From an uncultured Bacilli bacterium (lineage in GTDB: Bacteria; Bacillota_I; Bacilli_A; RF39; UBA660), in assembly GCA_934153945.1 (NCBI GenBank), contig CAKPFM010000001.1, positions 72,128-136,127 of the forward strand: a stretch of 64,000 nucleotides of DNA, read 5' to 3'. The notes under the pieces are model-generated. The model searched no databases and was not told where the DNA came from. It worked only from the letters and a program-made list of their open reading frames with translations. Of the stretch, positions 1 to 11,113 are shown piece after piece. Each line of letters opens with the position of its first letter. The stretch's first letter is position 1. The translations under genes were made by a program, and so were the position numbers.

Positions 1-1
1 A

Positions 2-235
2 TTAACTCCTCAAGAAGTAGATAAAATACTAGGAAGTATGGGAATGAGTAGATTAGAAATTGGAAACAATTTAAGTGTTGGAGATTCAATAAAGGTTATA
101 ACTGGACCATTTGCTAATATGTATGGAAAAGTAAAATCAATTGATATGGAACAACAACGTTTAGAAGTAGCGCTAGATTTATTTGGACAAGAAACTATTG
201 TTGATTTAGGTTTAACAGAAATCGAAAAAGCATAA
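2..235 (+). CDS. nusG: NusG, C-terminal KOW-domain fragment (gene starts upstream of the window)
   Basis: Open frame from position 2. Translation GDSIKVITGPFANMYGKVKSIDMEQQRLEVALDLFGQETIVDLGLTEIEKA matches the NusG KOW domain. The nusG-rplK neighbourhood is standard. Confidence 0.85.
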   Translation, partial: LTPQEVDKILGSMGMSRLEIGNNLSVGDSIKVITGPFANMYGKVKSIDMEQQRLEVALDLFGQETIVDLGLTEIEKA

Positions 236-681
236 TGGAAAATGTTAGTTTATTGGTTCATAGAGTCAATAATAATATTGAAAATGTTGAAGTTTTATTA
301 GAAGAAGATAATCTAGACAAAGAAGCAAGCAGTCTAATTGGAAAAATAATTGATGAACAAATGAATAATATATTACAAAATTCAGAATTATATTATTTAG
401 AAGATGATTGTATTGCTAAAAACAAAGATAAGTTATTCTTATTTGAATATATTAACTATATAAAAAATCAAATGTTAATAAATGATAATGTAATAGTTAA
501 GATGGTATATAAGAATAAAAAGGTAGAAATAAATCTTGAAATGTTAAAAAAGATATTGAAATATTTATTATCGTTAAATTATGATAATATTGACAATATT
601 TATATAGAACAAAAAGAAGATGAACTTCATATAAAAATAAATTTTGAAAAAAATAAGGAACATAGTTTACAAAGTAAGTAA
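235..681 (+). CDS. hypothetical protein, 148 aa, N/K/E-rich with no recognisable motif
   Basis: ORF whose ATG overlaps the nusG stop (taATGg). Codon usage resembles the neighbouring genes. I could not recognise a family. Confidence 0.5.
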   Translation: MENVSLLVHRVNNNIENVEVLLEEDNLDKEASSLIGKIIDEQMNNILQNSELYYLEDDCIAKNKDKLFLFEYINYIKNQMLINDNVIVKMVYKNKKVEINLEMLKKILKYLLSLNYDNIDNIYIEQKEDELHIKINFEKNKEHSLQSK

Positions 682-788
682 AATATGTTATATTATTAGA
701 GCTATATTTAGTTTAATATAGATTAAGTGGGAGCAAAACGGATTATGCAATTTTTACCACACGCGAAAAAAATAAGGAGGTGTTTTTC

Positions 789-1217
789 GTGGCAAAGAAA
801 AAAATAACAAAAGTAATTAAATTACAAGTACCTGCTGGAAAAGCAACACCAGCTCCACCAGTCGGAACTGTTTTAGGACCTGCAGGAATTAATTTACAAG
901 AATTCTGTACAAAATATAATGATGCTACAAGAGACAAAATGGGAGATATCGTACCAGTAGTAATTACTGTTTATGAAGATAGAACATTTGATTTTGTATT
1001 AAAAACATCACCAACAGCAGAATTAATCAAAAAAACAGCTGGAATTAAAAAAGGTTCAGTTAAAGGAAAAAATGAAACTGTTGGAAAATTAACTCGTGCT
1101 CAAATAAAAGAAATAGCAGAAATTAAATTACCAGACTTAAACGCTTATGATATAGATGCAGCAATGAAAATTGTTGAAGGAACAGCTATAAACATGGGTG
1201 TTAAAGTAGAAGACTAA
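789..1217 (+). CDS. rplK: 50S ribosomal protein L11
   Basis: GTG start 9 nt after AAGGAGG. Translation (M)[34 protein letters not shown]... is canonical L11. Confidence 0.95.
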   Translation: MAKKKITKVIKLQVPAGKATPAPPVGTVLGPAGINLQEFCTKYNDATRDKMGDIVPVVITVYEDRTFDFVLKTSPTAELIKKTAGIKKGSVKGKNETVGKLTRAQIKEIAEIKLPDLNAYDIDAAMKIVEGTAINMGVKVED

Positions 1218-1278
1218 TTAACATATAGGTTATACCTATGTGGAAGGAAAATCCGTTATACCACATAAGGAGGTTAAT

Positions 1279-1974
1279 ATGAAAAAAGGAAAGAAATATT
1301 TAGAAGCTTCTAAAAAGATTGAAAAATCAAAATTATATACAAAAGAAGAAGCAATTAAATTAGTTAAAGAAACATCAACAACTAGTTTTGATGCATCTGT
1401 TGAAATAGCTATGAATCTAAATCTAGATACTAAAAAAGCTGATCAACAATTAAGAGGTGCGTTAGTACTTCCAAATGGAACAGGAAAAACTAAAAGAGTT
1501 TTAGTTATAGCAAAAGGTGCTCAAGCTGAAGCTGCAAAAGAAGCTGGAGCAGACTATGTTGGAGATATGGATATGTTAAATAAAATCGAAAAAGAAAATT
1601 GGTTCGAATTCGATACTATGATAGCAACTCCAGATATGATGCCAGCACTAGGTAAAATTGGTAAAATTTTAGGACCTAAAGGTTTAATGCCAAATCCTAA
1701 AACTGGAACTGTAACAATGGATACTAAAAAAGCTGTTGAAGAAGTTAAAAAAGGACGTGTAGAATATCGTACTGATAGTTTCGGTAATGTACATGCACTT
1801 ATTGGTAAAGTATCATTTGATGATGCTAAACTAGTAGAAAATTTAAATAGTTTCGTTTCAATAATTAATAAATCTAAACCTGCAACTGTAAAAGGAAAAT
1901 ATATATTAAATATATCAGTTTCCTCTACAATGGGTCCAGGAATTAAAATTGATCCAACAAGTTTTGACTTTTAA
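1279..1974 (+). CDS. rplA: 50S ribosomal protein L1
   Basis: ATG after AAGGAGG. Translation [25 protein letters not shown]...[22 protein letters not shown]... is an L1 signature. Confidence 0.95.
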   Translation: MKKGKKYLEASKKIEKSKLYTKEEAIKLVKETSTTSFDASVEIAMNLNLDTKKADQQLRGALVLPNGTGKTKRVLVIAKGAQAEAAKEAGADYVGDMDMLNKIEKENWFEFDTMIATPDMMPALGKIGKILGPKGLMPNPKTGTVTMDTKKAVEEVKKGRVEYRTDSFGNVHALIGKVSFDDAKLVENLNSFVSIINKSKPATVKGKYILNISVSSTMGPGIKIDPTSFDF

Positions 1975-1984
1975 TTATTGTTAT

Positions 1985-2135
1985 GATATAATTAATTTGT
2001 TTGAAGAAATGTACCGTAGACAGTAGGGGCTTAGGCTTAATAATCCTACCGAGGACTTAAATAAAAGTTTTCGGCTCTCACTATCTAAGGATGAGAGCTT
2101 TTTATTCGGTATTCATGAAAGAGAGGTGCAAACAA
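1985..2135 (+). promoter_or_regulatory. rplJ leader region (L10-leader-like) ending in a rho-independent attenuator hairpin
   Basis: 150-nt untranslated spacer between rplA and rplJ. Hairpin GCTCTCA-N11-TGAGAGC (2074..2098) is followed by TTTTTATT. Firmicutes rplJ leaders are regulated by L10(L12)4 through a terminator of this kind. Confidence 0.5.
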
Positions 2136-2627
2136 GTGGCAAATCAAAAAATCATTGAAAAGAAAATGAGTGTTGTAGATGAAATTACAGCAAAAATGAA
2201 AGATGCTTCTTCAATTGTATTCTTCGAATATCGTGGACTTACCGTTGGTGAAACTAACGAACTAAGAAGAAAATTAAGAGAATCAAATTCAGAATTTAAA
2301 ATTTACAAAAACACTCTAGCAAAAAGAGCATTGGATAATTTAAATATTAATGTAGATGAACATTTAAATGGTCCAAAAGCAATTGCATTTGGTAAAGATG
2401 CAGTCGCACCAATTAAAACATTAAGTGATTTCGCTAAAGATCATACTGCTCTAGAATTAAAAGTTGGTATCGTTGATGGTGAAATCATGAATCAAAAAAT
2501 GCTTGCAGAACTTGCTTCAATACCATCAAGAGAAGGATTACTTACAATGCTTGCTGGTGGACTTATGGGAGTTGTTCGCGACTTATCAATTTGTTTAGAC
2601 TTATATAGTCAAGATTTAGAAAAATAA
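2136..2627 (+). CDS. rplJ: 50S ribosomal protein L10
   Basis: GTG start after AGAGAGG. Translation MANQKIIEKKMSVVDEITAKMKDASSIVFFEYRGLTVGETNELRRKLRE... aligns with the L10 N-terminus. Confidence 0.9.
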   Translation: MANQKIIEKKMSVVDEITAKMKDASSIVFFEYRGLTVGETNELRRKLRESNSEFKIYKNTLAKRALDNLNINVDEHLNGPKAIAFGKDAVAPIKTLSDFAKDHTALELKVGIVDGEIMNQKMLAELASIPSREGLLTMLAGGLMGVVRDLSICLDLYSQDLEK

Positions 2628-2645
2628 TTTAAGGAGGAATATAAA

Positions 2646-3011
2646 ATGGCAAAATTTACAAAAGATGAATTTATTAGTGGATTAAAAGAAATGACTATTC
2701 TTGAAGTTAAAGAATTAGTTGATGCAATGAAAGAAGAATTTGGAGTAGATCCAAGTGCTGTAGCTGTAGCTGCTGCTCCAGCTGCTGTTGTTGAAGAAGG
2801 ACCAAGTACAGTTAATGTTACATTAACAAGTGCTGGTGCTAACAAATTAGCAGTTATCAAATTAATCAAAGAAATCACTGGATTAGGATTAGGTGAATCT
2901 AAAGCATTAGCTGATAACGGCGGAGTTGTTAAAGAAAACGTATCTACTGATGAAGCAAAAGAAATGAAAGCTAAATTCGAAGAAGCTGGCGCTACAATCG
3001 AATTAAAATAA
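2646..3011 (+). CDS. rplL: 50S ribosomal protein L7/L12
   Basis: Translation MAKFTKDEFISGLKEMTILEVKELVDAMKEEFGV, an Ala-rich hinge, then KLIKEITGLGLGESKALAD... Confidence 0.95.
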   Translation: MAKFTKDEFISGLKEMTILEVKELVDAMKEEFGVDPSAVAVAAAPAAVVEEGPSTVNVTLTSAGANKLAVIKLIKEITGLGLGESKALADNGGVVKENVSTDEAKEMKAKFEEAGATIELK

Positions 3012-3029
3012 TTAAAAAATATGGTTGGC

Positions 3030-3072
3030 CTGTACTAAAAAATATAGTATAGGCTTTCACCGTTTATTTATA
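3030..3072 (+). terminator. possible partial terminator/attenuator after rplL
   Basis: Hairpin GCCTGTACTA-N8-TAGTATAGGC (one G-U pair) followed by a T-rich tract. Confidence 0.35.
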
Positions 3073-3082
3073 TGGGGTATTT

Positions 3083-3670
3083 ATGAATCAATACTTTGAA
3101 AATAATGAAAATTTAAAAAGTGAAATACAAATAAAAAAAGTAAAAATAAAAAATAATGACTTTGAATTTATGACTGACAATGGTGTATTTTCTAAAAAAG
3201 GATTAGATTTTGGTACTAGAAGTTTGTTAGAAACAATAGATACTAATGCTATTACTGGAAACGTACTAGATTTTGGATGTGGATATGGACCAATTGGTAT
3301 CTACATTGCTAGTATGACAAACGCCCACGTTCATATGATTGATATAAACAGAAGGAGCTTGGAATTGGCAAGAAAGAATGTTAATCTGAATCATGTGAAT
3401 GTCACAATATACGAAAGTAATATATATGAAAATGTAACAGAAAAATTTGATTACATCATATCTAATCCACCAATAAGAGTAGGAAAAACTATACTATATA
3501 AAATATTATTTGAAGCAAAAGAACATTTAAACAAAAATGGAAAATTAATCATTGTAATAAATAAAGATCAAGGTGCTAAATCAGTTATGAAAGATTTAGA
3601 AAAAGAATATCAAGTTCATTTATTAGATAAAAATAAAGGATTTTATATAATTGAAGCAATTTATGTATAA
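3083..3670 (+). CDS. class I SAM-dependent methyltransferase, YbxB-like small rRNA/RNA methyltransferase
   Basis: Motif I VLDFGCGYGPIG and the NPPI motif (SNPPIRVGK). It sits between rplL and rpoB as ybxB does in Bacillus. Confidence 0.8.
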   Translation: MNQYFENNENLKSEIQIKKVKIKNNDFEFMTDNGVFSKKGLDFGTRSLLETIDTNAITGNVLDFGCGYGPIGIYIASMTNAHVHMIDINRRSLELARKNVNLNHVNVTIYESNIYENVTEKFDYIISNPPIRVGKTILYKILFEAKEHLNKNGKLIIVINKDQGAKSVMKDLEKEYQVHLLDKNKGFYIIEAIYV

Positions 3671-3697
3671 TTTAAACTAAAAGAATATAACAAACAA

Positions 3698-3726
3698 TTG
3701 ACAACAGTTGACAAATTTGATAAAAT
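3698..3726 (+). promoter_or_regulatory. candidate sigma-A promoter for rpoBC
   Basis: TTGACA-N17-TAAAAT about 70 nt upstream of the rpoB start. Confidence 0.4.
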
Positions 3727-3796
3727 CAATTATTGACGCATATACTTTATTTTAAGTTATGTTCTTTTGTAAAATATAGGTTATAGGGGTGAAAAA

Positions 3797-6700
3797 GTGT
3801 CTTATACAGAACAAATTATTAATAACCGTAGAGTTAGAAGAAATTATGGTAAAACAAAAAATGCAATTGAATTAAACAATTTGCTAGAAATCCAAAAAAA
3901 ATCTTACAATTGGTTTATGGAAAAAGGAATAAAGGAAGTATTTGAAGATATTTCACCAGTAGAAAGTTTCACTGGTAATTTATCTCTTGAATTCGGAGAA
4001 TATTCTTTTGATGAACCAAGATATTCTATTAAAGGATGCAAAGAAAGATATGCTACTTATGCAGCTCCTTTAAAAGTAGAAACTAGACTTTTCAATCATG
4101 AAACAGGAGAAGTCAAAGAACAAGAAATTTATATGGGTGATATGCCTATAATGACTGAATCAGGAACATTTGTTATAAATGGTGCTGAGAGAGTTATCGT
4201 ATCACAATTAGTACGTTCACCATCTGTTTATTTTGGTAGAGAAATAGACAAAAATGGGCGTAATGTAATCACTAGTCAAATTATTCCAAACCGTGGAACA
4301 TGGTTAGAATTTGAATTAGATGCTAGAGATGTTATATATGTTAGAATAGATAGAACAAGAAAAGTTCCTATTACAACATTACTTAGAGCAATAGGTTTAT
4401 CAAGTGATGAAGATATTTATGATTTATTTGGTGAAAATGATTACTTAGAAAGAACAATAGCTAAGGATTCAAATAAAAATACAGATGAATCATTAATCGA
4501 TATTCATGCAAAATTAAGACCTGGAGAACCATCAACACTAGATAGTGCTAAAAACCAATTAGTATCTAGATTCTTTGATGCATTCAAATATGATTTAGCT
4601 AAAGTAGGACGTTACAAATTTAATAAAAAATTAAATGTTGTAGATAGATTACTTGGTGTTAAAATAGCTGAAACTATCAAAGTGGATGGAAAAGTTATAG
4701 TTGAAAAAGGAAGCATTATTACTAAAGAAATTTTAAGCGAGTTAAAACCTGTTTTAGCAAGCGGTTATGGTGTAAAAGAAGTATTAATTAATAATGATTT
4801 AGATACTTATAATAAAGTACAAATTATTAAAGTATACTCAAATAAAAACCCAGAACAAATTATAAATGTAATTGGTAATGATATAACAACTGATATTAAA
4901 CGTTTAACAATATCAGATATATATGCATCAGTTTCATATTATTTAAACTTACTTGAAGGAATAGGTTCATATGATGAAATAGACCATTTATCAAATAGAC
5001 GTGTTCGTCAAGTTGGTGAATTATTACAAAATCAATTTAGAATTGGTATTTCAAGAATTGAAAGAGTAATTAGAGATAGAATGAGTACTCAAGAAATTAC
5101 AGAAGTAACTCCAAAATCTTTAATTAATATTAGACCACTTACAGCTTCTATTAAAGAATTCTTTGGTAGTAGCCAGTTATCTCAATTCATGGATCAAGTA
5201 AACCCAGTAGCTGAATTAACAAATAAAAGAAGACTTTCTTCTTTAGGACCAGGAGGACTATCAAGAGATAGAGCTGGTATGGAAGTACGTGACGTTAACC
5301 CATCACACTATGGAAGACTTTGCCCAGTTGAATCTCCAGAAGGACCAAATATCGGTTTAATTACTTCTTTAGCAAGTTATGCTAAAGTAGACGATTATGG
5401 ATTTATTATGACTCCATATAGAAAAGTAGTAGATAAGAAATTAACTGATGAAGTTGTATATATGACAGCTGATGAAGAATTAGATTACTATATTTCACAA
5501 GCTGCTATAGAAGTTGATAAAGACAACAAAATAGTTGCTGAAAGAGTACCAGTAAGATACCGTGGAGATAATATCATGATTGAATCTAGTAAAGTAGATT
5601 ATGCTGATGTTTCACCACAACAAGTTGTATCTGTTGCAACTCAAGGTATACCATTCCTTGAACACGATGATGGTAAAAGAGCCCTAATGGGTGCTAACAT
5701 GCAACGTCAAGCAATACCACTTTTAAAAGCTGAAGCACCACTTGTTGGAACAGGTGTAGAAGCAATTGCCGCTAGAGATAGTGGAGCTGTTGTAATAGCT
5801 AAAGCAGATGGTGTAGTAGACTATGTAGATTCTAAAAAAATAGTAGTAAAAACATTAGGTGGTATGGATACATATTACTTAAATGGATATGAAAGAAGTA
5901 ATGCAGGTACATGTTACCATCAAGTACCAATCGTAAGACTTGGTGAAAGTGTTAAAAAAGATATGATAATAGCTGATGGTCCATCTACAGAAAATGGAGA
6001 AATGGCCTTAGGTAAAAACGTTACAGTAGCATTCATGAACTTTAACGGATATAACTATGAAGATGCTGTTATCTTAAATGAAAGATTAGTAAAAGATGAT
6101 GTATTTACATCAATTCATATCGAAGATTATCAAATTGAATGTAGAGATACAAAACTAGGACCAGAAGAATTTACAAGAGATATTCCTAATATTAGTGAAG
6201 ATGCTCGTAAAAACTTAGATGAAAATGGTATAGTTCGTATTGGTACAGAAGTAAATTACAATGATATATTAGTAGGTAAAGTTACACCAAAAGGTATGGC
6301 AGAACTTACTTCAGAAGAAAAACTATTACATGCTATATTTGGAGAAAAAACAAGAGAAGTTAGAGATACTTCACTTAGAGTTCCAAATGGAGGAGCAGGT
6401 ATAGTACATGATGTAAAAATATTTACAAAAGAAGATTCTGATGAACTTCCAGCAGGAGTATCTAAAATTATAAGAGTTTATATAGCTCAAAAGAGAAAAA
6501 TAACTGTTGGTGATAAAATGGCCGGACGTCATGGTAATAAAGGTGTTGTTTCATTAGTATTACCAGAAGAAGATATGCCATATTTACCAAATGGTAAACC
6601 AGTAGATATTTTACTTAACCCACTAGGAGTTCCATCTCGTATGAACCTAGGACAAATTCTAGAAATGCATTTAGGTATGGCAGCTAAAGAATTAGGAATT

Positions 6701-7390
6701 TATGTTGCTACACCAGTATTTGATGGTGCTACTCGTGATGAAATAATTGATGCTTTAAAAGAAGCAGGATTAGAAGAAGATGGAAAAGCTGTTTTATATG
6801 ATGGTAGAACAGGTGAACCATTTGATAATAGAATTTCAGTTGGTATCATGTATATGATCAAATTAAATCACATGGTTGATGATAAATTACATGCTAGATC
6901 AACAGGACCTTACTCTTTAGTAACTCAACAACCTCTAGGTGGTAAAGCACAATTCGGTGGTCAAAGATTTGGTGAAATGGAAGTTTGGGCATTAGAAGCA
7001 TATGGCGCAGCTCATGTACTTCAAGAAATGATTACAATCAAATCGGATGATGTTGTAGGACGTGTTAAAGTTTATGAAGCTTTAGTAAAAGGAACACCAC
7101 TTCCAGCATCGGGAGTACCAGAAAGCTTTAGAGTATTAATGAAAGAATTCCAAGCTTTAGGACTTGATATGACAGTTCTAGATAGTGAAGGAAACTTTGT
7201 TGATATGAAAGATTTAGAAGCAGCAGAAAATGATGGTTTCTTAACTTTAGAACCAGAAGAATTAGAAAGTGTTGCTAATAATGATATTGAAGAAGAAGAA
7301 ACAGAAGAAGAATATGATGATGAACCAGATTTTGGTGATGATTTTGATCAAGATATGGATGATTTTGATTTAGAAGGGGATGGGGAATAA
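3797..7390 (+). CDS. rpoB: DNA-directed RNA polymerase beta subunit, with a ~45-aa acidic C-terminal tail
   Basis: 1197 aa with canonical RpoB motifs (for example [15 protein letters not shown] and [52 protein letters not shown]). GTG start after an RBS. Confidence 0.97.
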   Translation: MSYTEQIINNRRVRRNYGKTKNAIELNNLLEIQKKSYNWFMEKGIKEVFEDISPVESFTGNLSLEFGEYSFDEPRYSIKGCKERYATYAAPLKVETRLFNHETGEVKEQEIYMGDMPIMTESGTFVINGAERVIVSQLVRSPSVYFGREIDKNGRNVITSQIIPNRGTWLEFELDARDVIYVRIDRTRKVPITTLLRAIGLSSDEDIYDLFGENDYLERTIAKDSNKNTDESLIDIHAKLRPGEPSTLDSAKNQLVSRFFDAFKYDLAKVGRYKFNKKLNVVDRLLGVKIAETIKVDGKVIVEKGSIITKEILSELKPVLASGYGVKEVLINNDLDTYNKVQIIKVYSNKNPEQIINVIGNDITTDIKRLTISDIYASVSYYLNLLEGIGSYDEIDHLSNRRVRQVGELLQNQFRIGISRIERVIRDRMSTQEITEVTPKSLINIRPLTASIKEFFGSSQLSQFMDQVNPVAELTNKRRLSSLGPGGLSRDRAGMEVRDVNPSHYGRLCPVESPEGPNIGLITSLASYAKVDDYGFIMTPYRKVVDKKLTDEVVYMTADEELDYYISQAAIEVDKDNKIVAERVPVRYRGDNIMIESSKVDYADVSPQQVVSVATQGIPFLEHDDGKRALMGANMQRQAIPLLKAEAPLVGTGVEAIAARDSGAVVIAKADGVVDYVDSKKIVVKTLGGMDTYYLNGYERSNAGTCYHQVPIVRLGESVKKDMIIADGPSTENGEMALGKNVTVAFMNFNGYNYEDAVILNERLVKDDVFTSIHIEDYQIECRDTKLGPEEFTRDIPNISEDARKNLDENGIVRIGTEVNYNDILVGKVTPKGMAELTSEEKLLHAIFGEKTREVRDTSLRVPNGGAGIVHDVKIFTKEDSDELPAGVSKIIRVYIAQKRKITVGDKMAGRHGNKGVVSLVLPEEDMPYLPNGKPVDILLNPLGVPSRMNLGQILEMHLGMAAKELGIYVATPVFDGATRDEIIDALKEAGLEEDGKAVLYDGRTGEPFDNRISVGIMYMIKLNHMVDDKLHARSTGPYSLVTQQPLGGKAQFGGQRFGEMEVWALEAYGAAHVLQEMITIKSDDVVGRVKVYEALVKGTPLPASGVPESFRVLMKEFQALGLDMTVLDSEGNFVDMKDLEAAENDGFLTLEPEELESVANNDIEEEETEEEYDDEPDFGDDFDQDMDDFDLEGDGE

Positions 7391-10300
7391 TGAATATTAA
7401 TAACGTTGAAGGGTTAAGAATAGCAATTGCCTCTCCTGAAATAATCAGAGAATGGTCTAATGGAGAAGTAAAAAAAGCAGAAACAATAAACTATCGTACT
7501 TTAAAACCTGAAAGAGATGGTTTGTTCTGTGAAAAAATATTTGGACCAACAAAAGACTGGGAATGTTCTTGTGGTAAATATAAAAGATTAAGATATAAAA
7601 ATATCGTTTGTGATAGATGTGGAGTAGAAGTTACATCTTCAAAAGTTCGTCGTGAACGTATGGGACACATAGAGCTTGCTACTCCTGTATCTCACATTTG
7701 GTTTTTTAAAGGTATACCATCTCGTATGGGATTAGTACTTGATATGTCACCAAGAGATTTGGAAGAAGTATTATACTTTGTTTCATATGTAGTATTAGAT
7801 CCAGGAGCAGCTCCTTTAGAGAAAAAACAAATAATCAGTGATAAAGAATACCGTGCTTACTATGAAAAATACGGAAGTAGTTTCAGAGTTGGTATGGGTG
7901 CTGAAGCAATTAAAGAATTATTACAACAAGTTGATATTGAACAAGAAGTAGAAAATATCAAAAAGGAAATAGAAGAAATAAAAGATAGTGCAAGTCAAAA
8001 AAGAGTTCGTTTAATCAAGAGATTAGATGTACTAAATGCTTTCCTTGAATCAGGAAATAAACCTGAATGGATGATAATGGATGCTATTCCAGTAATTCCA
8101 CCAGAATTAAGACCAATGATTCAATTAGATGGTGGTAGATTTGCTACATCTGATTTAAATGATTTATATAGAAGAGTAATCAATCGTAACAATCGTTTAA
8201 AAAAATTAATGGAATTAGGCGCTCCTAGTATCATTATTCAAAATGAAAAACGTATGTTACAAGAAGCAGTAGATGCATTATTTGATAATGGTAGAAGAGG
8301 ACGTAACATTACTGGAGCAGGTAATAGACCACTTAAATCTTTATCAAGTATGTTAAAAGGTAAACAAGGTCGTTTCCGTCAAAACTTACTAGGTAAACGT
8401 GTTGACTATTCAGGTCGTTCAGTTATCGTAGTTGGACCATCACTTAAAATGTATGAATGTGGTATTCCAAAGGAAATGGCTTTAGAATTATTTAAACCTT
8501 ATGTAATAAATGGCTTAGTATCTAAAGATATAGCATCAAATATTAAAGCTGCTAAACGTATGATTGAAAATCAAGATCCAAGAGTTTGGGATATTGTAGA
8601 AGAAAAAATTAAAGAACATCCAGTTATGTTAAACCGTGCTCCAACACTTCATAGACTTGGTATTCAAGCATTTGAACCAAAATTAATTGATGGTAGAGCA
8701 ATTCGTCTACATCCGCTTGTTTGTGCAGCATTCAATGCCGACTTTGATGGGGACCAAATGGCTGTTCACGTTCCAATTAGTGAAGAAGCTCAAGCTGAAG
8801 CTAGAATTTTAATGTTAGGTGCTAATAACATCCTAAAACCTTCTGATGGTAACCCAATTGTTACTCCAGGACAAGATATGATTTTAGGTAACTATTACAT
8901 AACTATTGAAAAAGCTGATATGCCTGGTGAAGGCAGAGTATTTAAAAATCCAGATGAAGCATTAATGGCATTTGAAAGAAGAGAAATTTCTCAACATACA
9001 AGAATTGCTATTCCAGTAAGTGGATTTAAACATAAATTATTTACTGAAGAACAAATGGATAAATATTTAGTAACTACAGTAGGAAAATTAAAATTCAATG
9101 AAATTTTCCCAGATACTTTCCAATATATTAACGAAGGTACAAAAGAAAATATAGAAGGTATAACACCAGCAAAATATTTCTTAAGTAGAGGTACTAATAT
9201 AAAAGAAGCAATTAAAGAGATGGAATTAGTAAAACCTTTTGGTAAAAAAGTTTTAACTAAATTAATTGCTCAAATATACAAAAGATATCAAACAACTGAA
9301 ACATCAATTATGCTTGATAAAATGAAAGATTTAGGATTTAAAGAATCTACATTATCAGGTATATCAATTGGTATTGGTGATATTATTCCATCAAAAACTA
9401 AAAAACAAGTTTTAGAAAATGCTAACGATAGAGTAGCACAAATAAATAAACAATTTAAACGTGGTTTAATTACTGATAAAGAAAGATATGAAAAAGTAGT
9501 TGCTACATGGAATAGTGCTAAAAATGAAATAGCAGATGAATTATCACAAATTATTGCTGATAATAAAGATAATCCTATATCAATAATGATTGATTCAGGT
9601 GCCCGTGGTAATATGAGTAACTACAACCAAATGGCTGGTATGCGTGGACTTATGGCTAAACCAAATGGTGAATCAGTAGAAATTCCAATCACTTCTTCAT
9701 TTATTGAAGGTGCAAGAGTTTCCGAGTTCTTCTTAGCAACTCACGGTATCAGAAAAGGTTTCGTTGATACAGCTCTTAAAACAGCAGATGCTGGTTACTT
9801 AACAAGAAGACTTATCGATGTATCACATGATATAATTATCAAAGAAGATGATTGTGGTACTGATGATGGTGTAGTAGTAGAAGCATTCTTAAATACAGAT
9901 GGTACTGTTATTGAAGGATTAAGAGATCGTATTGTTGGTAGATATACTAATAAGAAAGTTATTAATCCAGAAACAAAAGAAGTAATTGCTGATAGAAATA
10001 CTTACATTACTGAAAATTTAGCAGATAAAATTATTGATGCTGGAATTACAAAAGTTTCAATTCGTACAGTATTAACTTGTAAATCAAAAGGTTCAGTATG
10101 TAGACATTGTTATGGACGTAACTTAGCTACTGGACAAATTGTTGAAATAGGAGAAGCAGTTGGTACTATGGCAGCACAATCAATTGGTGAACCAGGAACA
10201 CAATTAACAATGCGTACTATCAACTCAGGTGGTGTAGCCGGAGACGATATTACTCAAGGTCTTCCTCGTGTTCAAGAATTATTTGAAGCACGTAATCCAA

Positions 10301-11022
10301 AAGGTAAAGCAACTATTTCAGAAATAAATGGTACAGTATCTAATATTGAAGAACAAAATGGTAAATTTATCATTTCTGTTAAAAATGATGTTGAAACAAA
10401 AGAACACACAAGTAATTATGGCGCTAAATTAGCCGTTAATATTGGTGATACAGTAGTATCTGGACAACGTTTAACTCATGGTGCTATTAGTCCAAAAGAA
10501 TTATTAGTTGTTACAGATCCAATTACTGTTCAACAATATATCTTATCAGAAATTCAAAAAGTTTATCGTTCTCAAGGTGTTGATATATCAGATAAGCATG
10601 TTGAAATTATTGCTAAAAGAATGATTTCAAAAATCAAAATTGTAAATAGTGGAGATTCTTATCTACTACCTGGAACTATGGTTAATATTAATGACTTTAG
10701 AGAAGAAAATAAAGAATTAATCTTAAATGGTAAAAACCCAGCTACTGGTAGACCAGTATTATTAGGTATTACTAAAGCTTCTCTTGAAACAGATTCATTC
10801 TTATCAGCTGCATCATTCCAAGAAACAACAAGAATATTAACTGATGCTGCTATTCATGGTAAAGTAGACCACTTAAATGGTTTAAAAGAAAATGTTATCA
10901 TTGGTAAATTAATACCAGCAGGTACAGGTGCTAAAAAATATAAAAATGTTGATTACACTTTAGAAAAAGTTGATTCAACTCTAGAACCATTAGATGTTTT
11001 AGAAAATGAATTAATGGATTAA
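7390..11022 (+). CDS. rpoC: DNA-directed RNA polymerase beta' subunit
   Basis: 1210 aa; start overlaps the rpoB stop (taATGa). The N-terminus carries four cysteines ([20 protein letters not shown]), consistent with the Zn finger. The NADFDGD catalytic motif is present ([17 protein letters not shown]). Confidence 0.97.
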   Translation: MNINNVEGLRIAIASPEIIREWSNGEVKKAETINYRTLKPERDGLFCEKIFGPTKDWECSCGKYKRLRYKNIVCDRCGVEVTSSKVRRERMGHIELATPVSHIWFFKGIPSRMGLVLDMSPRDLEEVLYFVSYVVLDPGAAPLEKKQIISDKEYRAYYEKYGSSFRVGMGAEAIKELLQQVDIEQEVENIKKEIEEIKDSASQKRVRLIKRLDVLNAFLESGNKPEWMIMDAIPVIPPELRPMIQLDGGRFATSDLNDLYRRVINRNNRLKKLMELGAPSIIIQNEKRMLQEAVDALFDNGRRGRNITGAGNRPLKSLSSMLKGKQGRFRQNLLGKRVDYSGRSVIVVGPSLKMYECGIPKEMALELFKPYVINGLVSKDIASNIKAAKRMIENQDPRVWDIVEEKIKEHPVMLNRAPTLHRLGIQAFEPKLIDGRAIRLHPLVCAAFNADFDGDQMAVHVPISEEAQAEARILMLGANNILKPSDGNPIVTPGQDMILGNYYITIEKADMPGEGRVFKNPDEALMAFERREISQHTRIAIPVSGFKHKLFTEEQMDKYLVTTVGKLKFNEIFPDTFQYINEGTKENIEGITPAKYFLSRGTNIKEAIKEMELVKPFGKKVLTKLIAQIYKRYQTTETSIMLDKMKDLGFKESTLSGISIGIGDIIPSKTKKQVLENANDRVAQINKQFKRGLITDKERYEKVVATWNSAKNEIADELSQIIADNKDNPISIMIDSGARGNMSNYNQMAGMRGLMAKPNGESVEIPITSSFIEGARVSEFFLATHGIRKGFVDTALKTADAGYLTRRLIDVSHDIIIKEDDCGTDDGVVVEAFLNTDGTVIEGLRDRIVGRYTNKKVINPETKEVIADRNTYITENLADKIIDAGITKVSIRTVLTCKSKGSVCRHCYGRNLATGQIVEIGEAVGTMAAQSIGEPGTQLTMRTINSGGVAGDDITQGLPRVQELFEARNPKGKATISEINGTVSNIEEQNGKFIISVKNDVETKEHTSNYGAKLAVNIGDTVVSGQRLTHGAISPKELLVVTDPITVQQYILSEIQKVYRSQGVDISDKHVEIIAKRMISKIKIVNSGDSYLLPGTMVNINDFREENKELILNGKNPATGRPVLLGITKASLETDSFLSAASFQETTRILTDAAIHGKVDHLNGLKENVIIGKLIPAGTGAKKYKNVDYTLEKVDSTLEPLDVLENELMD

Positions 11023-11025
11023 GAG

Positions 11026-11050
11026 GTTCTTGAAAAAGAACTTTTTCTTT
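11026..11050 (+). terminator. rho-independent terminator after rpoC
   Basis: GTTCTT-GAAA-AAGAAC hairpin followed by TTTTT. Confidence 0.7.
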
Positions 11051-11113
11051 ACTCAAATATCTTTTTTTAATAAATAAACTTTGGTATAATGTTAATAGTA
11101 AGGTAGTGATAAT

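Noticed and set aside
743-937. Minus-strand 64-aa ORF overlapping the rplK start
   Set aside because: It lies antisense to the L11 coding region and RBS. It is an artefact of AT-rich sequence.
2609-2878. Minus-strand 89-aa ORF, Ala/Thr-rich
   Set aside because: It is the mirror image of the Ala-rich hinge of rplL on the opposite strand.
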